Positions 10,469 through 24,800 of a stretch of 64,000 nt of DNA are shown here, piece after piece (position 1 is the first letter of the stretch; every line of letters begins with the position of its first letter). Under the pieces are notes generated by a model. It made no database searches. It was not told where the DNA came from and worked only from the letters and a program-made list of their open reading frames with translations. Where the stretch lies: the NCBI GenBank assembly GCA_043228905.1, contig JBHGNT010000047.1, positions 62,001 through 126,000 on the forward strand, read 5' to 3'. The translations under genes were made by a program, and so were the position numbers. The DNA comes from Azolla caroliniana. Taxonomy: Eukaryota; Plantae; Polypodiophyta.

Positions 10469-12300
10469 TTGAAACTCAGGTTGAGAGACATGAAGAAATT
10501 ACCAAATTTGAGGAGGGAGTTTAGAAGAGCCCTTGAGCAAATTAAAATGTTCATACCTGGCTCGTGTGATATCGGATTTCTGTGTTCAAACATGGAAATC
10601 GGAGCTAACAATGCTAGCTATGATATGGAATTAAAAAATCAAGATTTTGAAACTCAGGTCGAGAGACATGAAGAAATTACCAAATTTGAGGAGGGAGTTG
10701 AGTAGGGCCCGTTCGGAAATTAAATTGTTCATACCTCGCTCGTGTGATATCGGATTTCTGTGTTCAAACATGAAAATCGGAGCTAACAACGCTAGCTATG
10801 ATATGGAATTAAAAAATCAAGATTTTGAAACTCAGGTCGAGAGACATGAAGAAATTACCAAATTTGAGGAGGGAGTTGAGTAGGGCCCGTTCGGAAATTA
10901 AATTGTTCATACCTCGCTCGTGTGATATCGGATTTTTGTGTTCAAACATGCGAATCGAAGCTAACAACCCTAGCTATGATATGGAATTAAAAAATCAAGA
11001 TTTTGAAACTCAGGTCAGGAGACATGAAGAAATTACCAAATTTGAGGAGTGAGTTGAGAAGAGCCCTTGAGTAAATTAAAATGTTCATACCTGGCTCGGG
11101 TGATATCGAATTTTTGTGTTCAAACATGCAAATCGAAGCTAACAACGCTAGCTATGACATGGAATTAAAAAATCAAGATTTTGAAACTCAGGTCGAGAGA
11201 CATGACGAAAATAGCAAACTTGAGGGGGGAGTTGAGAGGAGCCCTTGAGTAAATTAAAATGTTCATACCTCGCTCGTGTGATATCGGATTTTTGTGTTCA
11301 AACATGCGAATCGAAGCTAACAACCCTAGCTATGATATGGAATTAAAAAATCAAGATTTTGAAACTCAGGTCAGGAGACATGAAGAAGTTACCAAAGTTG
11401 AGGAGTGAGTTGAGAAGAGCCCTTGAGTAAATTAAAATGTTCATACCTGGCTCGTGTGATATCGAATTTTTGTGTTCAAACATGCAAATCGAAGCTAACA
11501 ACGCTAGCTATGACATGGAATTAAAAAATCAAGATTTTGAAACTCAGGTCGAGAGACATGAAGAAATTACCAAATTTGAGGAGGGAGTTTAGAAGAGCCC
11601 TTGAGCAAATTAAAATGTTCATACCTGGCTCGTGTGATATCGGATTTCTGTGTTCAAACATGGAAATCGGAGCTAACAATGCTAGCTATGATATGGAATT
11701 AAAAAATCAAGATTTTGAAACTCAGGTCGAGAGACATGAAGAAATTACCAAATTTGAGGAGGGAGTTGAGTAGGGCCCGTTCGGAAATTAAATTGTTCAT
11801 ACCTCGCTCGTGTGATATCGGATTTCTGTGTTCAAACATGAAAATCGGAGCTAACAACGCTAGCTATGATATGGAATTAAAAAATCAAGATTTTGAAACT
11901 CAGGTCGAGAGACATGAAGAAATTACCAAATTTGAGGAGGGAGTTGAGTAGGGCCCGTTCGGAAATTAAATTGTTCATACCTCGCTCGTGTGATATCGGA
12001 TTTTTGTGTTCAAACATGCGAATCGAAGCTAACAACCCTAGCTATGATATGGAATTAAAAAATCAAGATTTTGAAACTCAGGTCAGGAGACATGAAGAAA
12101 TTACCAAATTTGAGGAGTGAGTTGAGAAGAGCCCTTGAGTAAATTAAAATGTTCATACCTGGCTCGGGTGATATCGAATTTTTGTGTTCAAACATGCAAA
12201 TCGAAGCTAACAACGCTAGCTATGAAATGGAATTAAAAAATCAAGATTTTGAAACTCAGGTCGAGAGACATGACGAAAATAGCAAACTTGAGGGGGGAGT
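10469..12300 (+). repeat. 6-mer higher-order repeat (1068 bp) containing paired GGGCCCGTTCGGAAATT-variant monomers; recurs at ~18934-20770 and in modified form at ~25876-28430
   Basis: 10469->11537, 10647->11715 and 10825->11893 are each 1068 = 6x178. 18934->20003 is 1069, explained by a 1-bp insertion (GAAGTTTAAC) near 19425. Confidence 0.85.
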
Positions 12301-13559
12301 TGAGAGGAGCCCTTGAGTAAATTAAAATGTTCATACCTGGCTCGTGTGATATCGGATTTTTGTGTTCAAACATGCCAATCGAAGCTAACAACGCTAGCTA
12401 TGATATGGAATTAAAAAATCCAGATTTTGAAACTCAGGTCGAGAGACATGACGAAATTACCAAATTTGAGGAGTGAGTTGAGAAGAGCCCTGGAGTAAAT
12501 TTAAATGTTCATACCTGGCTCGTGTGATATCGGATTTGTGTGTTCAAACATGCGAATCGAAGCTAACAACGCTAGCTATGATATGGAATTAAAAAATCAA
12601 CATTTTGAAACTCAGGTCGAGAGACATGACGAAATTACCAAATTTGAGGACGGAGTCTAGTAGGGCGATTGAGTAAATTAAGTTGTTCATACCTCGCTCG
12701 TGTGATATCAGGTTTTTGTGTTTAAACATGCGAAACGAAGCTAACAACGCTAGCTATGATATGGAATTAAAAAATCAAAATTTTAAAACTTCGGTCGAGA
12801 GACATGACATATTTAGCAAATTTGAGGAGGGAGTTGAGTAGGGCGAATGAGTAAATTAAATTGTTTATACCTCGCTCGTGTGATATCGGATTTCTCTGTT
12901 CAAACATGCGAATCGAAGCTAATACCCCTAGCTATGATATGGAATTAAAAAATCAACATTTTGAAACTCAGGTCGAGAGACATAAAGAAATTAGCAAATT
13001 TGAGGAGGGAGTTGAGTAGGGCGAATGAGTAAATTAAATTGTTCATACCTCGTCGTGTGATATCCGATTTTTGTGTTCAAACATGTGAATCGAAGCTAAC
13101 AACGCTAGCTATGATATGGAATTAAAAAATCAAGATTTTGAAAGTTAGGTCGAGAGACATGAAGAAATTACCAAATTTGAGGAGGGAGTTGAGTAGGGCG
13201 AAGGAGTAAATTAAAATGTTCATACCTCGCTCGTGTGATATCGGATTTCTCAGTTCAAACATGCGAATCGAAGCTAACAACGCTAGCTATGATATGGAAT
13301 TAAAATATCAAGATTTTGAAACTCAGGTCGAGAGACATGAAGAAATTACCAAATTTGAGGAGGGAGTTGAGAAGAGCCCTTGAGCAAATTAAAATGTTCA
13401 TACCTCGCTCGTGTGATATCAGATTTCTGTGTTCAAACATGGGAATCGGAGCTAACAACGCTAGCTATGATATGGAATTAAAAAATCAAGATTTTGAAAC
13501 TCAGGTCGATAGACATGAAGAAATTACCAAATTTGAGGAGGGAGTTGAGTAGTGCGAAT

Positions 13560-15860
13560 GAGCAAATAAAAATGTTCATACCTCACTCGTGTGAGATCGG
13601 ATTTCTGTGTTCAAACATGGGAATCGGAGCTAACAACGCTAGCTATGATATGGAATGAAAAAATCAAGATTTTGAAACTCAGGTCGAGAGACGTGACGAA
13701 ATTAGCAAATTTGAGGAGGGAGTTGAGTAGGGCGAATGAGTAAATTAAAATGTTGATACCTCGCTCGTGTGATATCGGATTTCTGTGTTCAAACATGCGA
13801 ATCGAAGCTAACAACGCTAGCTATGATATGGAATTAAAAAATCAACATTTTGAAACTTAGGTCGATAGTCATGAAGACATTACCAAATTTGAGGAGGGAG
13901 TTGAGTAGGGCGAATGAGTAAATTAACATGTTCATACTTCGCTTGTGTGATATCGGATTTCTTTGTTCAAACATGCGAATCAAAGCTAACAACGCTAGCT
14001 ATGATATGGAATTAAAAAATCAAGATTTTGAAACTTAGGTCGAGAGACATGAACAAATTACCAAATTTGAGGAGGGAGTTGAGTAGTGCGAATGAGTAAA
14101 TTAAATTGTTCATACTTCGCTCGTTTGATATCAGATTTCTCTGTTCAAACATGCGAATCGAAGCTAACAACGCTAGCTATCATATGGAATGAAAAAATCA
14201 ACATTTTGAAACTCAGGTCGAGAGACATGAAGAAATTACCAAATTTGGGGAGGGAGTTGAGTAGGGCGAATGAGAAAATTCAATTGTTCATACCTCGCTG
14301 GTGTGATATCGGATTTGTGTGTTCAAACATCCGAATCGAAGCTAACAATGCTAGCTATGATATGGAATTAAAAAAACAAGATTTTGAAACTCAGGTCGAG
14401 AGACGTGACGAAATTAGCAAATTTGAGGAGGGACTTGAGTAGGGCGAATGAGTAAATTAAATTGTTCATACCTCGCTCGTGTGATATCGGATTTTTGTGT
14501 GCAAACATGGGAATCGAACCTAACAACGCTAGCTATGATGTGGAATTAAAAAATAAAGATTTTGAAACTCAGGTCGAGAGACATTAGGAAATTACCAAAG
14601 TTGAGGAGGGAGTTGAGAAGAGCCCTTGAGCAAATTGAAATGTTCATACCTGGCTCGTGTGATATCGGATTTCTGTGTTCAAACATGGAAATCGGAGCTA
14701 ACAACGCTAGCTATGATATGGATTTAAAAAATCAAGATTTTGAAACTGAGGTCGAGAGACATGAAGAAATTACCAAATTTGAGGAGGGAGTTGAGTAGGG
14801 CGAATGAGTAAATTAAATTGTTCATACCTCGCTGGTGTGATATCGGATTTGTAACAACGCTAGCTATGATATGGATTTAAAAATTCAGGATTTTGAAACT
14901 CAGGTCGAGAGACATGAAGAAATTACCAAATTTGAGGAGGGAGTTGAGTAGGGTGAATGAGTAAATTAAATTGTTCATACCTCGCTAGCTATGATATGGA
15001 ATTAAGAAATCAAGATTTTGAAACTCAGGTCGATAGACATGAACAAATTACCAAATTTGAGGAGGGAGTTGAGTAGGGCGAATGAGCAAATTAAAATGTT
15101 CATACCTCACTCGTGTGAGATCGGATTTCTGTGTTCAAACATGGGAATCGGAGCTAACAACGCTAGCTATGATATGGAATGAAAAAATCAAGATTTTGAA
15201 ACTCAGGTCGAGAGACGTGACGAAATTAGCAAATTTGAGGAGGGAGTTGAGTAGGGCGAATGAGTAAATTAAAATGTTGATACCTCGCTCGTGTGATATC
15301 GGATTTCTGTGTTCAAACATGCGAATCGAAGCTAACAACGCTAGCTATGATATGGAATTAAAAAAGCAACATTTTGAAGCTTAGGTCGATAGTCATGAAG
15401 ACATTACCAAATTTGAGGAGGGAGTTGAGTAGGGCGAATGAGTAAATTAACATATTCATACTTCGCTTGTGTGATATCGGATTTCTTTGTTCAAACATGC
15501 GAATCAAAGCTAACAACGCTCGCTATGATATGGAATTAAAAAATCATGATTTTGAAACTTAGGTCGAGAGACATGAACAAATTACCAAATTTGAGGAGGG
15601 AGTTGAGAAGTGCGAATGAGTAAATTAAATTGTTCATACTTCGCTCGTGTGATATCAGATTTCTCTGTTCAAACATGCGAATCGAAGCTAACAACGCTAG
15701 CTATCATATGGAATGAAAAAATCAACATTTTGAAACTCAGGTCGAGAGACATGAAGAAATTACCAAATTTGGGGAGGGAGTTGAGTAGGGCGAATGAGAA
15801 AATTCAATTGTTCATACCTCGCTGGTGTGATATCGGATTTGTGTGTTCAAACATGCGAAT
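13560..15860 (+). repeat. 9-mer higher-order unit of 1524 bp containing two truncated monomers (-25 and -53 bp); recurs in tandem at ~30030-33570
   Basis: 14086->15610, 30561->32085, 31037->32561 and 31557->33081 are each 1524 = 9x178 - 78. Deletion junctions lie at 14852/14986, 31327/31461 and 32851/32985. Confidence 0.88.
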
Positions 15861-18800
15861 CGAAGCTAACAATGCTAGCTATGATATGGAATTAAAAAAT
15901 CAAGATTTTGTAACTCAGATCGAGAGACATAACGAAATTACAAAACTTGAGGACGGAGTTGAGTAAGGCGATTGAGTAAATTAAATTGTTCATTCCTCGC
16001 TGGTGTGATATCGGATTTGTGTGTTCAAACATGCGAATCGAAGCTAACAATGCTAGCTATGATATGGAATTAAAAAATCAAGATTTTGAAACTCAGATCG
16101 AGAGACATGACGAAATTACCAAATTTGAGGACGAAGTCTGGTAGGGCGATTGAGTAAATTAAATTGTTCATACCTCGCTCGTGTGATATCGGATTTGTGT
16201 GTTCAAACATGCGAATCGAAGCTAACAACGCTAGCTATAATATGGAATTAAAAAATCAAGATTTTGAAACTCAGATCAAGAGACATGAAGAAATTACCAA
16301 ATTTGAGGAGGGAGTTGAGTAGGGCGAATGAGAAAATTAAATTGTTCATACCTCGCTCGTGTGATATTGGATTTGTGTGTTCAAACATGCGAATCGAAGC
16401 TAACAACGCTAGCTATGATATAGAATTAAAAAATCTAGATTTTGAAACTTAGGTCGAGAGACATAAAGAAATTACCAAATTTGAGGAGGGAGTTGAGTAG
16501 GGCGAATGAGTAAATTAAATTGTTCATACTTCGCTCGTGTGATATCAGATTTCTCTGTTCAAACATGCGAATCGAAGCTAACAACGCTAGCTATCATATG
16601 GAATGAAGAAAGCAACATTTTGAAACTCAGATCGAGAGACATGACGAAATTACAAAATTTGAGGACGGAGTCTAGTAAGGCGATTAAGTAAATTAAATTG
16701 TTCATTCCTCGCTGGTGTGATATGGGATTTGTGTGTTCAAACATGCGAATCGAAGCTAACAATGCTAGCTATGATATGGAATTAAAAAATCAAGATTTTG
16801 AAACTCAGATCGAGAGACATGACGAAATTACCAAATTTGAGGACGGAGTCTAGTAGGGCGATTGAGTAAATTAAATTGTTCATACCTAGCTCGTGTGATA
16901 TCGGATTTGTGTGTTCAAACATGCGAATCGAAGCTAACAACGCTAACTATGATATGGAATTAAAAAATCAAGATTTTGAAACTCAGGTCGAGAGACATCA
17001 AAAAATTACCAAATTTGAGGAGTGAGTTGAGAAGAGCTAGTAGGTAAATTAAAATGTTCAAACCTGGCTCGTGTCATATGGGATTTATGTGTTCAAACAT
17101 ACGAATCGAAGCTAACAACGCTAGCTATGATATGGAATTAAAAAATCAAGATTTTGAAACTCAGGTCGATAAACACGACGAAATTGGCAAATTTGAGGAG
17201 GGAGTTGAGTAGGGCGAATGAGAAAATTCAATTGTTCATACCTCGCTCGTGTGATATCGGATTTGTGTGTTCAAACATGCGAATCGAAGCTAACAACGCT
17301 AGCTATGATATGGAATTAAAAAATCAAGATTTTGAAACTTAGGTCGAGAGACATAAAGAAATTACCAAATTTGAGGAGGGAGTTTAGAAGAGCCCTTCAG
17401 CAAATTAAAATGTTCATACCTGGCTCGTGTGATATCGGATTTCTGTGTTCAAACATGGGAATCGGAGCTAACAACGCTATCTATGATATGGAATGAAAAA
17501 ATCAAGATTTTGAAACTCAGGTCGAGAGACATGAAGAAATTACCAAATTTGAGGAGGGAGTTGAGTAGGGCGAATGAGCAAATTAAAATGTTCATACCTC
17601 GCTCGTGTGAGATCGGATTTCTGTGTTCAAACATGGGAATCGGAGCTAACAATGCTAGCTATGATATGGAATGAAAAAATCAAGATTTTGAAACTCAGGT
17701 CGAGAGACGTGACGAAATTAGCAAATTTGAGGAAGGAGTTGAGTAGGGCGAATGAGTAAATTAAATTGTTCATACCTCGCTCGTGTGATATCGGATTTCT
17801 GTGTTCAAACATGCGAATCGAAGCTAACAACGCTACCTATGATATGGAATTAAAAAATCAAGATTTTGAAACTTAGGTCGATAGACATGAAGACATTACC
17901 AAATTTGAGGAGGGAGTTGAGTAGGGCGAATGAGTAGATTAAAATGTTCATACTTCGCTCGTGTGATATCGGATTTCTTTGTTCAAACATGCGAATCAAA
18001 GCTAACAACGCTAGCTATGATATGGACTTAAAAAATCAAGATTTTGAAACTTAGGTCGAGAGACATAAAGAAATTACCAAATTTGAGGAGGGAGTTTAGA
18101 AGAGCCCTTCAGCAAATTAAAATGTTCATACCTGGCTCGTGTGATATCGGATTTCTGTGTTCAAACATGGGAATCGGAGCTAACAACGCTATCTATGATA
18201 TGGAATGAAAAAATCAAGATTTTGAAACTCAGGTCGAGAGACATGAAGAAATTACCAAATTTGAGGAGGGAGTTGAGTAGGGCCCGTTCGGAAATTAAAT
18301 TGTTCATACCTCGCTCGTGTGATATCGGATTTTTGTGTTCAAACATGCGAATCGAAGCTAACAACCCTAGCTATGATATGGAATTAAAAAATCAAGATTT
18401 TGAAACTCAGGTCAGGAGACATGAAGAAATTACCAAATTTGAGGAGTGAGTTGAGTAGTGCGAATGAGTAAATTAAATTGTTCATACTTCGCTCGTTTGA
18501 TATCAGATTTCTCTGTTCAAACATGCGAATCGAAGCTAACAACGCTAGCTATCATATGGAATGAAAAAATCAACATTTTGAAACTCAGGTCGAGAGACAT
18601 GAAGAAATTACCAAATTTGGGGAGGGAGTTGAGTAGGGCGAATGAGAAAATTCAATTGTTCATACCTCGCTGGTGTGATATCGGATTTGTGTGTTCAAAC
18701 ATCCGAATCGAAGCTAACAATGCTAGCTATGATATGGAATTAAAAAATCAAGATTTTGAAACTCAGGTCGAGAGACGTGACGAAATTAGCAAATTTGAGG

Positions 18801-21800
18801 AGGGACTTGAGTAGGGCGAATGAGTAAATTAAAATGTTCATACCTGGCTCGTGTGATATCGAATTTTTGTGTTCAAACATGCAAATCGAAGCTAACAACG
18901 CTAGCTATGACATGGAATTAAAAAATCAAGATTTTGAAACTCAGGTCGAGAGACATGAAGAAATTACCAAATTTGAGGAGGGAGTTTAGAAGAGCCCTTG
19001 AGCAAATTAAAATGTTCATACCTGGCTCGTGTGATATCGGATTTCTGTGTTCAAACATGGAAATCGGAGCTAACAATGCTAGCTATGATATGGAATTAAA
19101 AAATCAAGATTTTGAAACTCAGGTCGAGAGACATGAAGAAATTACCAAATTTGAGGAGGGAGTTGAGTAGGGCCCGTTCGGAAATTAAATTGTTCATACC
19201 TCGCTCGTGTGATATCGGATTTCTGTGTTCAAACATGAAAATCGGAGCTAACAACGCTAGCTATGATATGGAATTAAAAAATCAAGATTTTGAAACTCAG
19301 GTCGAGAGACATGAAGAAATTACCAAATTTGAGGAGGGAGTTGAGTAGGGCCCGTTCGGAAATTAAATTGTTCATACCTCGCTCGTGTGATATCGGATTT
19401 TTGTGTTCAAACATGCGAATCGAAGTTTAACAACCCTAGCTATGATATGGAATTAAAAAATCAAGATTTTGAAACTCAGGTCAGGAGACATGAAGAAATT
19501 ACCAAATTTGAGGAGTGAGTTGAGAAGAGCCCTTGAGTAAATTAAAATGTTCATACCTGGCTCGGGTGATATCGAATTTTTGTGTTCAAACATGCAAATC
19601 GAAGCTAACAACGCTAGCTATGACATGGAATTAAAAAATCAAGATTTTGAAACTCAGGTCGAGAGACATGACGAAAATAGCAAACTTGAGGGGGGAGTTG
19701 AGAGGAGCCCTTGAGTAAATTAAAATGTTCATACCTCGCTCGTGTGATATCGGATTTTTGTGTTCAAACATGCGAATCGAAGCTAACAACCCTAGCTATG
19801 ATATGGAATTAAAAAATCAAGATTTTGAAACTCAGGTCAGGAGACATGAACAAATTACCAAATTTGAGGAGTGAGTTGAGAAGAGCCCTTGAGTAAATTA
19901 AAATGTTCATACCTGGCTCGTGTGATATCGAATTTTTGTGTTCAAACATGCAAATCGAAGCTAACAACGCTAGCTATGACATGGAATTAAAAAATCAAGA
20001 TTTTGAAACTCAGGTCGAGAGACATGAAGAAATTACCAAATTTGAGGAGGGAGTTTAGAAGAGCCCTTGAGCAAATTAAAATGTTCATACCTGGCTCGTG
20101 TGATATCGGATTTCTGTGTTCAAACATGGAAATCGGAGCTAACAATGCTAGCTATGATATGGAATTAAAAAATCAAGATTTTGAAACTCAGGTCGAGAGA
20201 CATGAAGAAATTACCAAATTTGAGGAGGGAGTTGAGTAGGGCCCGTTCGGAAATTAAATTGTTCATACCTCGCTCGTGTGATATCGGATTTCTGTGTTCA
20301 AACATGAAAATCGGAGCTAACAACGCTAGCTATGATATGGAATTAAAAAATCAAGATTTTGAAACTCAGGTCGAGAGACATGAAGAAATTACCAAATTTG
20401 AGGAGGGAGTTGAGTAGGGCCCGTTCGGAAATTAAATTGTTCATACCTCGCTCGTGTGATATCGGATTTTTGTGTTCAAACATGCGAATCGAAGCTAACA
20501 ACCCTAGCTATGATATGGAATTAAAAAATCAAGATTTTGAAACTCAGGTCAGGAGACATGAGGAAATTACCAAATTTGAGGAGTGAGTTGAGAAGAGCCC
20601 TTGAGTAAATTAAAATGTTCATACCTGGCTCGGGTGATATCGAATTTTTGTGTTCAAACATGCAAATCGAAGCTAACAACGCTAGCTATGAAATGGAATT
20701 AAAAAATCAAGATTTTGAAACTCAAGTCGAGAGACATGACGAAAATAGCAAACTTGAGGGGGGAGTTGAGAGGAGCCCTTGAGTAAATTAAAATGTTCAT
20801 ACCTGGCTCGTGTGATATCGGATTTTTGTGTTCAAACATGCCAATCGAAGCTAACAACGCTAGCTATGATATGGAATTAAAAAATCCAGATTTTGAGACT
20901 CAGGTCGAGAGACATGACGAAATTACCAAATTTGAGGAGTGAGTTGAGAAGAGCCCTGGAGTAAATTTAAATGTTCATACCTGGCTCGTGTGATATCGGA
21001 TTTCTGTGTTCAAACATGCGAATCGAAGCTAACAACGCTAGCTATGATATGGAATTAAAAAATCAACATTTTGAAACTCAGGTCGAGAGACATGACGAAA
21101 TTACCAAATTTGAGGACGGAGTCTAGTAGGGCGATTGAGTAAATTAAGTTGTTCATACCTCGCTCGTGTGATATCAGATTTTTGTGTTTCAACATGCGAA
21201 ACGAGGCTAACAACGCTAGCTATGATATGGAATTAAAAAATCAAAATTTTAAAACTTCGGTCGAGAGACATGACATATTTAGCAAATTTGAGGAGGGAGT
21301 TGAGTAGGGCGAATGAGTAAATTAAATTGTTTATACCTCGCTCGTGTGATATCGGATTTCTCTGTTCAAACATGCGAATCGAAGCTAATACCCCTAGCTA
21401 TGATATGGAATTAAAAAATCAACATTTTGAAACTCAGGTCGAGAGACATAAAGAAATTAGCAAATTTGAGGAGGGAGTTGAGTAGGGCGAATGAGTAAAT
21501 TAAATTGTTCATACCTCGTCGTGTGATATCCGATTTTTGTGTTCAAACATGTGAATCGAAGCTAACAACGCTAGCTATGATATGGAATTAAAAAATCAAG
21601 ATTTTGAAAGTTAGGTCGAGAGACATGAAGAAATTACCAAATTTGAGGAGGGAGTTGAGTAGGGCGAAGGAGTAAATTAAAATGTTCATACCTCGCTCGT
21701 GTGATATCGGATTTCTCAGTTCAAACATGCGAATCGAAGCTAACAACGCTAGCTATGATATGGAATTAAAATATCAAGATTTTGAAACTCAGGTCGAGAG

Positions 21801-24800
21801 ACATGAAGAAATTACCAAATTTGAGGAGGGAGTTGAGAAGAGCCCTTGAGCAAATTAAAATGTTCATACCTCGCTCGTGTGATATCAGATTTCTGTGTTC
21901 AAACATGGGAATCGGAGCTAACAACGCTAGCTATGATATGGAATTAAGAAATCAAGATTTTGAAACTCAGGTCGATAGACATGAACAAATTACCAAATTT
22001 GAGGAGGGAGTTGAGTAGGGCGAATGAGCAAATTAAAATGTTCATACCTCACTCGTGTGAGATCGGATTTCTGTGTTCAAACATGGGAATCGGAGCTAAC
22101 AACGCTAGCTATGATATGGAATGAAAAAATCAAGATTTTGAAACTCAGGTCGAGAGACGTGACGAAATTAGCAAATTTGAGGAGGGAGTTGAGTAGGGCG
22201 AATGAGTAAATTAAATTGTTCATACCTCGCTCGTGTGATATCGGATTTCTGTGTTCAAACATGCGAATCGAAGCTAACAACGCTAGCTATGATATGGAAT
22301 TAAAAAAGCAACATTTTGAAGCTTAGGTCGATAGTCATGAAGACATTACCAAATTTGAGGAGGGAGTTGAGTAGGGCGAATGAGTAAATTAACATATTCA
22401 TACTTCGCTTGTGTGATATCGGATTTCTTTGTTCAAACATGCGAATCAAAGCTAACAACGCTCGCTATGATATGGAATTAAAAAATCATGATTTTGAAAC
22501 TTAGGTCGAGAGACATGAACAAATTACCAAATTTGAGGAGGGAGTTGAGAAGTGCGAATGAGTAAATTAAATTGTTCATACTTCGCTCGTGTGATATCAG
22601 ATTTCTCTGTTCAAACATGCGAATCGAAGCTAACAACGCTAGCTATCATATGGAATGAAAAAATCAACATTTTGAAACTCAGGTCGAGAGACATGAAGAA
22701 ATTACCAAATTTGGGGAGGGAGTTGAGTAGGGCGAATGAGAAAATTCAATTGTTCATACCTCGCTGGTGTGATATCGGATTTGTGTGTTCAAACATGCGA
22801 ATCGAAGCTAACAATGCTAGCTATGATATGGAATTAAAAAATCAAGATTTTGTAACTCAGATCGAGAGACATAACGAAATTACAAAACTTGAGGACGGAG
22901 TTGAGTAAGGCGATTGAGTAAATTAAATTGTTCATTCCTCGCTGGTGTGATATCGGATTTGTGTGTTCAAACATGCGAATCGAAGCTAACAATGCTAGCT
23001 ATGATATGGAATTAAAAAATCAAGATTTTGAAACTCAGATCGAGAGACATGACGAAATTACCAAATTTGAGGACGAAGTCTGGTAGGGCGATTGAGTAAA
23101 TTAAATTGTTCATACCTCGCTCGTGTGATATCGGATTTGTGTGTTCAAACATGCGAATCGAAGCTAACAACGCTAGCTATAATATGGAATTAAAAAATCA
23201 AGATTTTGAAACTCAGATCAAGAGACATGAAGAAATTACCAAATTTGAGGAGGGAGTTGAGTAGGGCGAATGAGAAAATTAAATTGTTCATACCTCGCTC
23301 GTGTGATATTGGATTTGTGTGTTCAAACATGCGAATCGAAGCTAACAACGCTAGCTATGATATAGAATTAAAAAATCTAGATTTTGAAACTTAGGTCGAG
23401 AGACATAAAGAAATTACCAAATTTGAGGAGGGAGTTGAGTAGGGCGAATGAGTAAATTAAATTGTTCATACTTCGCTCGTGTGATATCAGATTTCTCTGT
23501 TCAAACATGCGAATCGAAGCTAACAACGCTAGCTATCATATGGAATGAAGAAAGCAACATTTTGAAACTCAGATCGAGAGACATGACGAAATTACAAAAT
23601 TTGAGGACGGAGTCTAGTAAGGCGATTAAGTAAATTAAATTGTTCATTCCTCGCTGGTGTGATATGGGATTTGTGTGTTCAAACATGCGAATCGAAGCTA
23701 ACAATGCTAGCTATGATATGGAATTAAAAAATCAAGATTTTGAAACTCAGATCGAGAGACATGACGAAATTACCAAATTTGAGGACGGAGTCTAGTAGGG
23801 CGATTGAGTAAATTAAATTGTTCATACCTAGCTCGTGTGATATCGGATTTGTGTGTTCAAACATGCGAATCGAAGCTAACAACGCTAACTATGATATGGA
23901 ATTAAAAAATCAAGATTTTGAAACTCAGGTCGAGAGACATCAAAAAATTACCAAATTTGAGGAGTGAGTTGAGAAGAGCTAGTAGGTAAATTAAAATGTT
24001 CAAACCTGGCTCGTGTCATATGGGATTTATGTGTTCAAACATACGAATCGAAGCTAACAACGCTAGCTATGATATGGAATTAAAAAATCAAGATTTTGAA
24101 ACTCAGGTCGATAAACACGACGAAATTGGCAAATTTGAGGAGGGAGTTGAGTAGGGCGAATGAGAAAATTCAATTGTTCATACCTCGCTCGTGTGATATC
24201 GGATTTGTGTGTTCAAACATGCGAATCGAAGCTAACAACGCTAGCTATGATATGGAATTAAAAAATCAAGATTTTGAAACTTAGGTCGAGAGACATAAAG
24301 AAATTACCAAATTTGAGGAGGGAGTTTAGAAGAGCCCTTCAGCAAATTAAAATGTTCATACCTGGCTCGTGTGATATCGGATTTCTGTGTTCAAACATGG
24401 GAATCGGAGCTAACAACGCTATCTATGATATGGAATGAAAAAATCAAGATTTTGAAACTCAGGTCGAGAGACATGAAGAAATTACCAAATTTGAGGAGGG
24501 AGTTGAGTAGGGCGAATGAGCAAATTAAAATGTTCATACCTCGCTCGTGTGAGATCGGATTTCTGTGTTCAAACATGGGAATCGGAGCTAACAATGCTAG
24601 CTATGATATGGAATGAAAAAATCAAGATTTTGAAACTCAGGTCGAGAGACGTGACGAAATTAGCAAATTTGAGGAAGGAGTTGAGTAGGGCGAATGAGTA
24701 AATTAAATTGTTCATACCTCGCTCGTGTGATATCGGATTTCTGTGTTCAAACATGCGAATCGAAGCTAACAACGCTAGCTATGATATGGAATTAAAAAAT

